A DNA stretch of 63,975 nt, filler included, from Lenisia limosa (lineage: Eukaryota > Protista > Breviatea): NCBI GenBank assembly GCA_001655205.1. It is 13 parts of 13 records of this genome, joined end to end, with 100 filler letters (N's around TTAATTAATTAA, not from the genome) between each part and the next. Parts side by side here need not be neighbours in the genome. Positions count along the whole stretch, not along the records: positions 22,618 to 30,178 come from LPNZ01011027.1; positions 30,279 to 32,277 come from LPNZ01004714.1; positions 32,378 to 35,723 come from LPNZ01007359.1; positions 35,824 to 39,634 come from LPNZ01009852.1; 9 more parts are not named here. One strand, 5' to 3'. Position numbers and translations under genes: made by a program. Shown piece after piece: positions 25,601 through 38,425 of the stretch. The stretch's first letter is position 1, and the number at the start of each line of letters is the position of its first letter. The notes under the pieces were generated by a model that worked only from the letters and a program-made list of their open reading frames with translations, did no database searches and had not been told where the DNA came from.

Positions 25601-27896
25601 CAGAGTAAATACCAAAGATACACCGCGATTTCTATTGAAAGCAGCCCACACCATCCAACCGTTGAGATTTGCTGTCCAAGCTCAGTGGCTACAGCCAAAA
25701 CGGACGGCTGGTAGTACTAAAGCGCAGTAAGTGGGAGATAATATATCCATCTCGTCTCAACAGTATTAGACTATCATTTTTTGATAAGTATCACTGTAAC
25801 ATCCACCGATATAACACAGGCAACTGCAAGAATTTGGATGAACACTAAATACCAGAAAATCCGAGGCACAACCGGGAGCAAACCTCGACAAGAGGGGCCA
25901 GGTTCTGCGGTTCACAAGAGGAGTAAAGCGTGAGGCAGCACCCCGACCTAAAGCACGGTCCGGCCACATGTGTCAGGAAGTAGGCCGAAATCGTTGGGCA
26001 GAAAGCTAGACAACTTCCTGCAAGGGGTGAGGATGCGCTGTCCTAGGTTCTAAGGTGCAGGGTTCTTCGGTGTTAACTGTCTCAGACATGACCCCACCAT
26101 TAGTCGGATAGTTACATGCAGTGTCGTACACCAGACTGGCGCCAGCAGCAATACTGTAGTGGCTGTGTGCAATTGGAGTGAGAGGGTCGTCAACCGCGAA
26201 GGTCACGAGAGCAGTTTGGTTCCTTGTCAGGGTAGGGAACGTGTCCTATTGCGGTGAGGTCTAAAAGACACTGTAGCAATTCTGATGATAGCCAACCCAA
26301 AACAATACCTTGTCAACGTTTTGCTTGAGCCACTCCGCGGCACTGAATGTAACAGTTTTTTCAGGAGCGCCCGAGGCACCAGTCACGTCTAAAAAAAGTC
26401 AGTATTTTCAGGCCTCCAACATACCACTCGTATTAGTATTTTTACATATGACATAGTACGATATTTACTTTAGTAGATGATATGCATATCGTATAATATT
26501 ATATTATATCATATCGTATCATAATATATACATGTATATATACATATGATATATAAATTATCTAGCTTGTGGCAAGAGTTGAATGATGTGGCCTCTGACC
26601 CCCACCAACCCGGGAGAAGCACCAAGCGCTGCACCCCAGGACACAACACAGGAACCTGCGAGGTGAAAAGAGAAAGGTCAATTGGGGATAATGCAGTTGA
26701 TGTTTATTACAAAGGAATATTCATTTTTGATAAGTCGCACTGCCCAACACTTGCACCACAGGTGAAGTGGCGTTAAATACGGAAGACCCCCCCCCCCTAC
26801 ATGGCCCAAACCGGCTTCACCAATGATAGCAGATGAACACTCNNNNNNNNNNNNNNNNNNNNNNNNNCTCTGAATCTGGGCTTGCACTGTTTCAGACGGA
26901 GCAGCAACGTCAATGAGCATAGGAATGCATTCTGAGGGGGGAGGGGTGACAAATGAGCTTTGGGGTCTCTGATACAGGTCATTCCACAGATGTCGTCCAC
27001 TCACTCTCACACCTTTCAGGATCCTTTACACACCCACTCACCAGTTTGTATGAGGCCGAAAATGGCCATGAGTGCGATAAAGGATCCATCAGATATGACA
27101 GCCACCCGATCACCTCGTTTGAACCTTAGGTGTGAGGGTTATGAGTTCGGGTACATCTTCAAACATTATCTGACAATATGATGGTCTTGTAATTCACGAT
27201 AAATGGTACTTTTTACTTTCAAAAGAGATAGGATAAATAGCAGATGCACTTCATCTCCAAGCCCTCTCTGTTCACTTTGTCCAATATCTCAAATCAATTT
27301 GATTGGTACCTCCAATAGGTCATTTCACCTTCCTCGCCAAAACAATTAGCACCCTCCCTTTACCCCATACCCGTTTGATGAAAGACCCTTGCTGATCTAA
27401 AATGTAAGAACGGAATTGCATTTTATTAAAGCGGCAAAAGCGTGTCAGAACAAACAGGGACTATTTCTGGAATTTGATTGTAAAGGGAAACATTACAACT
27501 TCACATTGCGTGGGTCAATATATATCAAAGAAGAGACAAAAGAGTGAGAATCCTCTTCTCAAATATAAAAATTCGCTATTTAAAGGGCTGATGAAAGAGA
27601 TACAAGATATGTAATTTAGCGACAAATATTTATAAAAAACATATTTCAAAATTGACGTAGCCAGAAGTGAAATGACCATCTTGCCTACCTTCTTGATCAT
27701 TTTCCTGGTATCTGCAAGAGTATGCTGTTCAGCAGACAGCCCATCGCATCCTACAATCGTGTTGGGATCTATGAGAGTTCAGTGGAGAAGGGAGGGCAAT
27801 CAGCTTACCGAGGCTGTTGCCATCCTGAGAGAAAAAATACGAGAGAATGTCACAATCTGGCAGGATAGAGTCGTCGTAGGGGGATCGAAACGACAT
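22618..27896 (-). CDS. Degenerate 4-coumarate-CoA-ligase/luciferase-like adenylation (AMP-binding) domain fused to at least two fibronectin type III domains; 3' partial
   Basis: Spliced product starts MSFRSPYDDSILPDCDILSYFF. It continues ISKGLSSNGFKRGDRVAVISDG, CLAFCP, STELVPVLS..RAGTAGVLLPGTSVKVV, NQFGGFWASSPSVALG and LDDEGFRWLGISGQIDDDCYV, collinear with ANL enzymes. Then come FN3 segments APPKPDHLSIIKVTCSTI, LRVSTIGENGAVS and YLVEIKKESWGVVAETDICECICGGLEPMMTYQ. Confidence 0.75.
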
Positions 27897-28501
27897 TTTA
27901 AAAGGGATTTGGGATTAAAGTTCACTAGTTCAGAGTAATACTGCTGTAGATAACGCTAAATTATACCAGTGATAGCAAATAACACGGCTTTTACCGAATC
28001 TTATCGCTTAAAGGAGAGTTATCGGGGAAACTGTCCCATCGATAAACCCAAAGAAGGAAATTTTGCTCAAATAATAATATCAACTATTTCAGTAGTATAC
28101 CAAATGTTGAGTAAACTTTACAGACAAATGTAGAATGGCCTAAAAAAAAGACATGAAAAAGAGCTTGAAAAGTGGGCAGAGGTAAAAAAAAACATCAAGC
28201 GGAGAATCGAACCTACAGTTTCTGAAACATTGCTGAAAGATTGAAATAGCTGGTGAGTCATTACTTCATTTATCTTGATAAAAAAATACTGGGTTGTCAT
28301 GGTCATGGTTAAACCTGACCGATGGGCCATCTTCCAGAAGAATGCCTGACAAAAAAAAAAAAAAAAAACNNNNNNNNNNNNNNNNNNNNNNNNNNNNNNN
28401 NNNNNNNNNNNNNNNNNNNNNNNNNNNNNNNCTCCACAATCATGCCACCATATCACCTAACAGAACCATTTCACCATAGAACCACAGATATTCATTATCG
28501 C

Positions 28502-30178
28502 TTAGGCTGTCTTGTCAAAGGTCCAAAGCATAGCCGTATTCTCGACAATGGAGGCGCAGTCTTCACATGGCTGGAAGTGCTGGCGGAAGAGGTCGTACTC
28601 TAAGCATTTAGGGGTTATTTAGAATGGATTCAGACAGTTCTCAGAAGCCAACCCACCTTTAGAAAGGGTAGTGGCAAACACACCAGAGTCGTCAGTGCAA
28701 AGCGCAACCTGTGGGAAGTGACAACAAGTAAACTTCAACATCTTCACAAGTCTCCTTGGAAATTTGATCTTATCTCTGAGAAATTTCAAGAGAGGAGAGA
28801 GAAGTTTGTCTATTCCAATATTACTATGTAAAGAAATGCGTTCGAACATCACCCTCACCTGGATGCCTGCCTCAAATACTTCGGGAAGATGATGGGTCGA
28901 CAGGTCGCCAACCTTCTGAACGCGTCAAAAAGTCACAAAAATATATAAAGTAGAGTGTGTAATTAAGAAATGTAAGACAATACCCCCTTCGGACCTTCAC
29001 TGAGTCGGTGTAGAGGTTACTTGAGAGACAGACCTCCAGACACACTCGCCCCTCTCTTGCTTCCGCTTTGGGCAATATCGAACAGAACTCGCACTCTGAC
29101 GGGTAAACAACAGTAAAAAAAACACATCATTCATCTCAATATTGTGGAAGTAATTGACACAGCATTGCAAGTTACCTACTTTGCTTATCTGAGTTGACAT
29201 GGCCATGGCCGAGAGATTTCAACATTTCCCATGCCTTGGGACCAAGGTAGCACCCTAGTTGATTAATAACGCTGGAACACAAAGCTGATTGTGGAACAAG
29301 CTATTAAAAATCAGCACCTTTGATAAATTGACATTGATTCGTCCTTTAAGTTTAACATTATTGGATATTGGTCCCCAACAGAGAAGTTTCTTAACCCTAC
29401 CATGTGCAAGTCTGACAGTGTTGCTGATGTCTTTTGCGGTCATTTGTTCAGCAAAAGCGATGATCGATTCTGTTTCCTGGAGAATGGTAGAGAAAATGCC
29501 GCAGAGCTATGTAGACAAAAATCAATATCCCTTATAGTCACAGATGAGACGGCTTCGGGCTGAGCCCTTTGTTTTTGTTTCAATTTCTCATTTCAGCTTC
29601 CGACATTATTCATACCTGCTGGTTCTCAACTTCAGCGAAGTGCATTGAAAGACCCAACCCAGCCTCGTACGCCTTGGTTAATGGCTGTGTTTGGTCAATT
29701 GGATGGGACATTGGATCAGCACCAATGTAACAAAATAGCACCAACAACCCAAATACCCCGAAGAAGGTGCTTGCAGTACCGAGAGCTGGATTGCCTAGAA
29801 GATCAAATATGAGATTGAAATGTTAATGATGCCAGTTGCACCCCCCCCCCCAACCGGAGAGGTCCACTCCAACAATGAACCCTGGCATAGTCAGCGCCAA
29901 GTCCACAACGGCATAAGCCTGGTAACAATAAATCAAAAACATACCGAAATGAGTAATAGTGCAACTGCCATGACTGTCCTTTCTCTATCACGCTTTGATG
30001 TTTTCCCTTGATACAGCAATAAAAATTGGACAAGGTATTTTCTGTCATTTCTCTTTCCTCTACTTCGTCCATTATTAGCATATTCTCCCTACTCAATATG
30101 ACATCTCATTCTAATCCCCTCGTGTAACCTGTTCTTCAGACATTCTGCGGTCAATCGAGAGGATCAAACGGACGGTGG
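28502..30178 (-). CDS. ADAL: Adenosine deaminase-like protein (N6-methyl-AMP deaminase type), 5' partial
   Basis: Exons join as TVRLILSIDRR..GVDLSGNP..GLSMHFAEVENQQE..RLAHG..LEVCLSSN..VALCTDDSGVFATTLSKEY..*. The CTDDxGVF.T.LS.EY motif is the ADAL/MAPDA signature. Confidence 0.88.
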
Positions 30179-30278
30179 NNNNNNNNNNNNNNNNNNNNNN
30201 NNNNNNNNNNNNNNNNNNNNNNTTAATTAATTAANNNNNNNNNNNNNNNNNNNNNNNNNNNNNNNNNNNNNNNNNNNN

Positions 30279-31241
30279 TCAAAAGCAATCTAAATTGTCA
30301 GATGTCGAAATGAGAAAGAATAAAAAGATCAAAATCATTATTGACTACAAATAAACCCATCTCCCCCATCTCCCCCTCCCACTTTGCTTGCTTCGTCAAC
30401 CCATCTCTGGAGACAAACAGGCCAATCATGGCGTTCAGGGGCAATGATCGCCGCAACCGTGATGTCATGGACCAATGACGCCCATCTATATGACTGCTTT
30501 GACACGTACATGGCAACGTCATATGTATCCTTGCTGGGGATGTTAAGTATTCAAAGTCTCTTCATAACGCTTAGGGTTGACAGAAGGCGACATATGTGAA
30601 TTAGTGACTTCCACATGCGGGGAAATCGACGCTGAAGCCATTGGACCCACCATCTTGCCAGTCCTCTTAGTATCAATGCCTCTCTACTGGTGTACATCTT
30701 GGGACTCTTCATAGCTTCAATCTACAGAGCAGTCAGAAACATGGCTTGATTTTCAATGATAAGCTCGTTCGATTACAATCTGTTTTACAACCATCATTAC
30801 ATTTGCCTCGCCAACGATGACAAGACCCATACCGAATCAGGGGTGGTGTACAGTCTTGGGTGGTCTGTTCGGACCGGATAGAGGCAGTCCCCACAATTGT
30901 TATGGTCTTCCGCTACAAAGGGTCAGAACACATCTTTAATCTTGACGAGCGGCAAAGCTCATCATTCTCAGCTTGAAACAAACGAGTCAAAAAGAGTCCA
31001 ATGAAAGTGCTATAAACAAGGAATAGTAGTAGCAAATATAAGAAAGTTTCTTGTTCTACATAAAGAGAATGAACCTAGTGGAAAGATCTCTTGTTGAATG
31101 AAACGCATATAACAGTTCTCTGAGCCGTGACCCACCAAGTGCCTGTTCACAAATATCATTGTTGTTACATGAAGCGAGACAGAAAGAGGGTAAAAGACCG
31201 CCAAGAAGAAGCAATCCTATGATTTTTGTCAAAGGAGTCAT
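30279..31241 (-). CDS. Secreted protein with a short Cys-rich module and a heparinase II/III-like N-terminal motif; 3' partial
   Basis: Signal peptide MTPLTKIIGLLLLGGLLPSFCLA, then CNNNDICEQALAEDHNNCGDC, then HPRLYTTPDSIEAMK across in-phase junctions. Confidence 0.4.
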
Positions 31242-31469
31242 CTTCCCTGTATTGCTACCCAATATGTTACTCTATGACTCTTTGAGCTTACTACAAGCTC
31301 ACTACTGGCCACTGGTACCTAGAAAATAATATTGACTGCAAACTTCGTGGCTTCGTGGTTTTATTGTTTTTTTTTACTTTTCAGTAATATGACGTCATGA
31401 CGGTATGCCATTTCCCAATCCAAAATGACGGAAACAGATGTGCATAGAAACCATAAAAACCAAGACAGA

Positions 31470-32277
31470 CTAGCCGACAATGTCTGCGATGGAGGGTTTG
31501 TCCTTGAACCTCTTGGTTGCCGTGTTGCTGTCTGCTGCCTGCTGTTCCAGCCCGTGCATAAGCTAAAAGAGTAAGGCCAGGTCTTAGTAACCGTGGTCCT
31601 TTATGATCCTAGTTTCAAAGGAGGCTTGACTGCAAAAACCCTTTTAAATAAATTCATGTTTATCTTGTTCTGAAAAGCATTGACCATTTCGTANNNNNNN
31701 NNNNNNNNNNNNNNNNNNNNNNNNNNNNNNNNNNNNNNNNNNNNNNNNNNNNNNNNNNNNNNNNNNNNNNNNNNNNNNNNNNNNNNNNNNNNNNNNNNNN
31801 NNNNNNNGCTAGTCACGTCATCAAAATCATCCCAAATATATGATATTTACAACTACAAAACAACGTTTATTTCAGAAGTGAAATCCCCTCAACAAAGAAT
31901 GGTAAACAGAGAATACCCCCCCAACCAAGGAATTTGGCGTCCTTGCGCAATTCGCGCGCAGTGGCTCTCTTCTCCTGCTTGACTTGGGACCTGGACTGTC
32001 AAAACCTTCCAACTCCCCCCATAAATAATAAAACATAAAACATAATAATAACAGATATACCCCCCTTCCCGACTTGAGTTTCCTCTCTTCCGCCCGTTGC
32101 CGGTCTGGGTCGTAGTCCCGACGGTAGTCAAACTCTTCCGTGAACTTGGGCTTGTACACTACAAAGTCAGTGCTGTGAGTGGATGCGTTGTTAACTCCAA
32201 TAGCCAACACTCTTATCTAATTACATAGCCAACTCATATCTAATCTGTTTAGTGAATGACTCCCCCCCCCCCCCCCC
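31470..32277 (-). CDS. NOP14: Nucleolar protein 14, C-terminal exons (5' partial)
   Basis: YKPKFTEEFDYRRDYDPDRQRAEERKLKQEKRATARELRKDAKFL ... LMHGLEQQ matches the Nop14 C-terminus (PKFEE..YDPDRER..KGA.RELRKDA.FL). Confidence 0.88.
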
Positions 32278-32655
32278 NNNNNNNNNNNNNNNNNNNNNNN
32301 NNNNNNNNNNNNNNNNNNNNNTTAATTAATTAANNNNNNNNNNNNNNNNNNNNNNNNNNNNNNNNNNNNNNNNNNNNGTACGGCTTCGGTCAGATACTAC
32401 GTTTCTAATTTCTGCATATTTCATTCATAGCTACATGTCCAGATGAGATATCATACCAAATGAAATGTTATACTCTGTATTATACTACCTATCATGCTAT
32501 GTCAATCATATATGGTGGTGGTGTGTTGACGATCACAGCGTATGTTTGCTATGTCTTAGTTTGAGTGGATTGTGGGTTTAAAACTGTTTTTTTTGTTTTT
32601 TTTTTTTGTGTGTGTGTGTGTTTTGTTATAAATTCCCATCCCTGACCTCCCCCAG

Positions 32656-34820
32656 GACCCCCAGGTGCCCCCATGCCAGGCGCTTTTGGTAGGAGGGGGT
32701 ATCAGGTGTTTCGGAAATAAAGGTATTTTTTTCTCTTCAATAAAACCTCGATAATGGCTGATCGTGTAATAGAAAAACCCAGATTTTTACTTCATACTAT
32801 GCGCTGACTCTGACACATTGTGACATCTTTGATAGAAGAGTTATCTTGAGCTTTTTCTTGTACCAAGACGTGACCCCTCAGCTGCGCCGAAGAAGAAGGA
32901 GGGCCCGGCCCCCAAGGTCAAAACAAAGCCGTTCAGATGGACTAAAGTGGCCAACAACAAGGTTGGATTGTCTGGCTAAGTGTACGACAACTGACTGAAT
33001 TAGTAATGCTATAATCCAATGTCTCTTATAAGTGTGACGGTGTGGTCAGCTTCGATACAACCTTGTTTTATTTCGCATCTAATATAATATGCAAATGACA
33101 TAATTACTGGTGGATTTGTTTTGTGGTTCTTACAAATGCTACCTTGTTATAAACTCATTTCAGCATATTCCAATGAGAATTTTTATTTCCCAACTTAACA
33201 CTTGAGTGGATCATCGCTCTCACACTTTAGCTCAAGGGCTCAATGTGGGACGACTTAGACGACAGCAAATTGGTCAAGAAGTTGGACCTTTCTTCCCTAG
33301 AAGCCGGATTCAAGAAGGATGACGCCAGTATGCTGGGTTATTGCTTGGGCTCCGTGCAATTAATTTTTGAGGATATTAATTGACAAAATTAGAAATTAAA
33401 GTTTCTAAAATGAGGTTCTCGTGACAATATTGACTTCAAATTATGTTAATATTTTTTCAATCAATTGCACGAGCCCTAGTTATTGCTTCAAGGCATTTTG
33501 TGTTACCTAAATAGAAGGAATTTTTAGATAAATTTCAATTATTTTTTGCTGTTAACACATTTTGCTTATGAACCCCCTCCCCCCTCTTTTTTTTCCTTCA
33601 TAGTTTGAAATGCTTGACAACAGTCGGTCTGGTCGAATGTAGCGATAAAGGGACTCAATAGGAAGAGTTTACACAATTTACAATATTAGAGCCAGCAATG
33701 AAAGGCGAGTCCAAACCCGCTGCGTCTCCGACGTCCACCTCCCAGGTTCGTCATTGTGTTTTGTGGTACTTTTATTTGTAACGTGCCTTTTTTTTATTTT
33801 ATAGAAAATCATGTACTTTGGCATGTTTGGCACATGTACATCGTCATCTCCTTTGCTATTTCTTACTTCCATACGCACTTCTCACACCCCAGGCCTGCCT
33901 TGATACCAAACGGTCCAACAATGTCAGCATTATGCTCAGCAGGTTCGGCAAGGTCCAAGCCACCGACATCGCGTGAGAGAGAGGCTTCTTTTTTGACAGC
34001 AAGAGAACACGTGAAATAAAATCATATTGCACCACTTCCGTCCACAGCATGGGGATTTTCTCTCTTTTGAGTCCTATCTTGAGTGAAAGACAGTGGAATG
34101 AAGATAACATTCACTACACACAACACTTCCCCATCCACACCACAACACTTCTTTCAACAACTCATACAAAGCGAGTCAGCTCACGTCACAACACCAACAC
34201 CATCAATACCAGTTCTCGCATAATAGCATGCATAGCATATATATATCAATCTTTTGACTTGTTAGGAAAGACATCCTTGCAGTCAGCTCCAAGATAGCTG
34301 CCCTCGACACTGCCAACGCTCTTCTTCTGGTATGCGTTTCTTTTTCCAGTTCCACCACTGACTTTCAGAACATCCCCACTCCTGATGAAATTGAAATGGT
34401 CCAAGCTCTCGACCCCTCTCAGCCCATCCCTGTTGCCGAGGCCTTCTTCAGAGCNNNNNNNNNNNNNNNNNNNNNNNNNNNNNNNNNNNNNNNNNNNNNN
34501 NNNNNNNNNNNNNNNNNNNNNNNNNNNNNNNNNNNNNNNNNNNNATTTGTGTTATGATATACATATATACATATCGATATATAGTAGAAATCTTGGGAAA
34601 CAAATAAATACATAGGGTTACCCTAAACCAAGTATAGGGAATGGTCAATTTTACCTAAAACGGACAATATTTGACTTGTTTTCTCAGACTTATCACAACC
34701 ACGTTTGTATAACCATCTTAGGTCTGCACCATCCCGCGCTATGCACCCAGACTTCGCTGCATCAGATATCGCGCTAGAATGGACAGCTCTGTGGCCGAAA
34801 TTGTGCCAGACCTTCAGGCG
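32656..34820 (+). CDS. Formin (end of FH1 and FH2 domain), partial
   Basis: Exons GPPGAPMP / PKVKTKPFRWTKV / SMWDDLDDSKL..LDLSSLEAGF / LDTKRSNNVSIMLSRF / IPRYAPRLRCIRYR. Confidence 0.88.
33345..33478. mobile_element. MITE family B with a perfect 8-bp TSD, in a formin intron
   Basis: GTTATTGC | TTGGGCTCCGTGCAATT ... AATTGCACGAGCCCTA | GTTATTGC. Confidence 0.92.
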
Positions 34821-35427
34821 GTTTGTGGCTCTGTTTGAAGTGATTCCTCTGTTACGTTCTTGTTGTTTTTTTTATTATTATTTTCTTGTTGTTCTCGGAG
34901 AGAGTGTGTGGCTTTTTAGCAGTGGTTATCTTTTTGGTGGAGACAAACAGGTGTGTTATAGTTATATAGTATAAGTTCCCTTCCAAAAAATCCATTAGCT
35001 CTATGAACAGCAATGTAATCCAATATCTTTTCTAAGTGTGATGGTCTGGACGGCTTCGACCAGATACAACCTTGTTTTTGTTTCTCATTACTATATACTA
35101 TATTAAGGGACCTTTGTTATACAACACATCCTTTTACATCAACTATACTTCACCCTCCCCATTTTCCATTTCCTCCCCCCCCCCCCCATACCNNNNNNNN
35201 NNNNNNNNNNNNNNNNNNNNNNNNNNNNNNNNNNNNNNNNNNNNNNNNNNNNNNNNNNNNNNNNNNNNNNNNNNNNNNNNNNNNNNNNNNNNNNNNNNNN
35301 NNNNNNNNNNNNNNNNNNNNNNNNNNNNNNNNNNNNNNNNNNNNNNNNNNNNNNNNNNNNNNNNNNNNNNNNNNNNNNNNNNNNNNNNNNNNNNNNNNNN
35401 NNNNNNNNNNNGTTGCGGAGCAAACGA

Positions 35428-35502
35428 GAGCTTTTCCCGCTGAACATTACGAGTGTACGTAACGTTAGTGGAGTACACGAGTAATGTTCGCGGGAAAAGC
35501 TC
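35428..35502. repeat. Foldback hairpin, ~30-bp arms
   Basis: GAGCTTTTCCCGCTGAACATTACGAGTGTAC ... GTACACGAGTAATGTTCGCGGGAAAAGCTC. Confidence 0.85.
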
Positions 35503-35830
35503 GAGTTAGCGTAGCTACTTTTTTTGATGATCACCTACTGTCATTTTCTCCATGTGTATTCTTTCAGCTCCGGTTTCAGTATTTCATAATGTGTATTTTA
35601 TTTCAGGTTTTGGCTTTCTTTCTTTGCTCTTGAGCCAGTTAGATTGTCGAATTTTGAGTGTTTTCCCAGAAAAACACTGTTTTTCCGGCGAGTGCGAGTG
35701 ATTTTTTCGGCGATTCGGTTTTTNNNNNNNNNNNNNNNNNNNNNNNNNNNNNNNNNNNNNNNNNNNNTTAATTAATTAANNNNNNNNNNNNNNNNNNNNN
35801 NNNNNNNNNNNNNNNNNNNNNNNCCCTTAG

Positions 35831-38425
35831 AGTCAATGCAGCCCAACGCAGACGGCTCAAAGTCCCGGGTGTATTCCAAGGAAACTTTGCTTGTTCCGTG
35901 GCAGGTGAGTTGATTTTGGAGGGGAGAGGGGAGATGATGATCGGGAATGGAGGGTGTAGAATTGGAAAATTAATGAAACAAAAAAACCTAAATCAACTCA
36001 ATTTTTGAGGGGTGTGCTGGTACGATGATAATTTTGGAAGACCGTGGGAGGACAAGAAGGATGTTGGAGAGGAGCGGGGGGAGGGGGGGNNNNNNNNNNN
36101 NNNNNNNNNNNNNNNNNNNNNNNNNNNNNNNNNNNNNNNNNNNNNNNNNNNNNNNNNNNNNNNNNNNNNNNNNNNNNNNTGACTTTCTGGATAAATCCCC
36201 GAGAAATTTGCTATTTTCCCTGGTCTTTTCGGGTCATAGGAGGAAATGTTAACGAAAATAGACACGCCCCCCCCCCCCTCTCCATACATACCACATTACT
36301 AACTATTTAGCTTGTTGAAACTCGACGCTTGGATGATGAGCGGTACGGGGGAGGGGGGCCTGTATTCTTATCTTTAGGGTGTATGGATATCTTAGTGATG
36401 TAGACTGTGATGGTGGTGGTTGCTCTGTTGATAATGATGGTGGTGGAGATTATGTTGACAGTGATGGCGGTAGAGGTTCGACTTCTTCTGTAACCATAAT
36501 CCTTTGATAATCGTATGGTCGTCTAATATTACCCTTATATCCCTCGGTCCCAAAAAAGTCGGAATTTCTCGATAATTTGTGATAAACATCGAGATTGAAC
36601 CGGTCTTTTTCATACCGTAGGGAACCCCCAATTACCTATCATCTGATCACGTTGACACTTACTTCTTGCATATCTTCGTCTGATCGAATTTATTTTCCTT
36701 CAACATAACCATCTAGCTACCACTCGAGCCCTGCCCCTACCCTCCAAGCCAGATTGTCCCCGGGCGACACTGTGCTGACTAAGTTGCCACCTCCACTGCT
36801 TGCCGCACGCGCTGTTGTGGGTGTCGGGGAGGGGGGATGTAAAGAGAAGTTGTTTGATATAAATACATAAGGAGCTGTGGAGATGAAATTTTTAGGTAAG
36901 GAAGGGGTGTGCTGCGGATTGTAATATAAAGAACTGTTGTGGATGGTGACATTTTTAGTTTAACTTTCTTCGCAAGATGTCATCTCATGTATTAAAAATC
37001 AAACAAAATAGATAATTCAGCTTCATGCCCCCCCCCCCCNNNNNNNNNNNNNNNNNNNNNNNNNNNNNNNNNNNNNNNNNNNNNNNNNNNNNNNNNNNNN
37101 NNNNNNNNNNNNNNNGACCCCTCAGCCTGAGCCGCAACAAGGTATCTATCTACCTCTAGCCCAAATATTTTAAGTATTACCCCCACTTCAAAATAATACA
37201 TGGAAAATGTTACAACTATTTTGTGATTGTGTTGGCTCAGAGATATCACTCGTATTACCACCTTGTTCCATAACCATTCCATGTTAGCTCATCTTTTGTG
37301 TTGTTATTGATTTGCAAAGTAGATGAATTATGATTTGTATTTCTGTATATCTTCGTACCTCTTCGACAAGTTAAAACAGTGTCTTATTTTCACAGCTATA
37401 CATAGTATATTTTTATTGGGTTTTTCTCATTATATTCAGAACTGCTTCGAACCACTCTTCCCAAGGTCTTCCCGCCACATAAGATTTGTTCACGGCTCTC
37501 TCTCAGTCCACAAGGTTTGCAAACTGTTGTGGGAGAACAGTATTTCTCAAATTTTCACTTTCGGTTCCTAACAACGTAGAAAAACAGGTATATTTACCGA
37601 GGATTTATCGAAAATTCTGTCTTTGTGAGAGCTGAAATGGCGCTCTTTTTGATGAATTTGTTTTTTACAGGGTTAACAAGTCCTTACATAATTTTTTTCT
37701 TTATTCTTGGCTAGTATCCTAAAGAAACGAATCCAGTACCACTGCTTCGTAGAAACCGAAAATTTAACTAAGTATTATTATTTGTAAATACATAGGGATC
37801 CCCCTATCCCGCTCTGCTTTTTACAGTTTTAGAACTCGGCAAGTTGACTGGAACTGTCACCGTTGCAGATGCGAGGGTAAGGATGGAGGTAGTGAGCAAA
37901 TCAAGAGGACTCGAATATGCTGTTACAAAGAGCTACTCTAATATCATGATAGAGGGTCTTGTGGCATAACAAGATTTATCTCAAACAAAGATGCAATTAA
38001 TTGGGCTTTTGTTGAATAGCATAGAGTATTTTGTGTTTTATAATCCTTCCTATTGTGCTGCTGAATAACTATTTACTTTTCTTACTTTGAAGGTGGAAGT
38101 TGGCCTTGGACTGAAGTACACTTCCAAGGGTCTTTTCGCTGCAGTGAGTGGAATGGGGGGGGGGGGGGNNNNNNNNNNNNNNNNNNNNNNNNNNNNNNNN
38201 NNNNNNNNNNNNNNNNNNNNNNNNNNNNNNNNNNNNNNNNNNNNNNNNNNNNAGTTTTATGGGTTGCGTATTCTTTCATATTCTTACTCCATTTTCTTTG
38301 TTTTCACTACTGATTATGGCTTTCCCCTTTTGCCAGATAAAATCAGGAGTTTTTTCATACTTCCGCTAATGGTTGTCTTGTTTTTTTGTTGCCTCAAAGT
38401 GCGATGTGCAAATGGAACCTTAGAA
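35831..38425 (+). CDS. Multi-exon gene of unknown function, partial
   Basis: GT-AG-bounded open exons such as SKSRVYSKETLLVPWQ, VLELGKLTGTVTVADAR and VEVGLGLKYTSKGLFAA. No family recognised. Confidence 0.4.
36531..36630. mobile_element. MITE family A, CCTACGG subfamily, degenerate
   Basis: Internal TCTCGATAA / GATAAACATCGA core; right end CCGTAGGGAACCCC. Confidence 0.6.
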
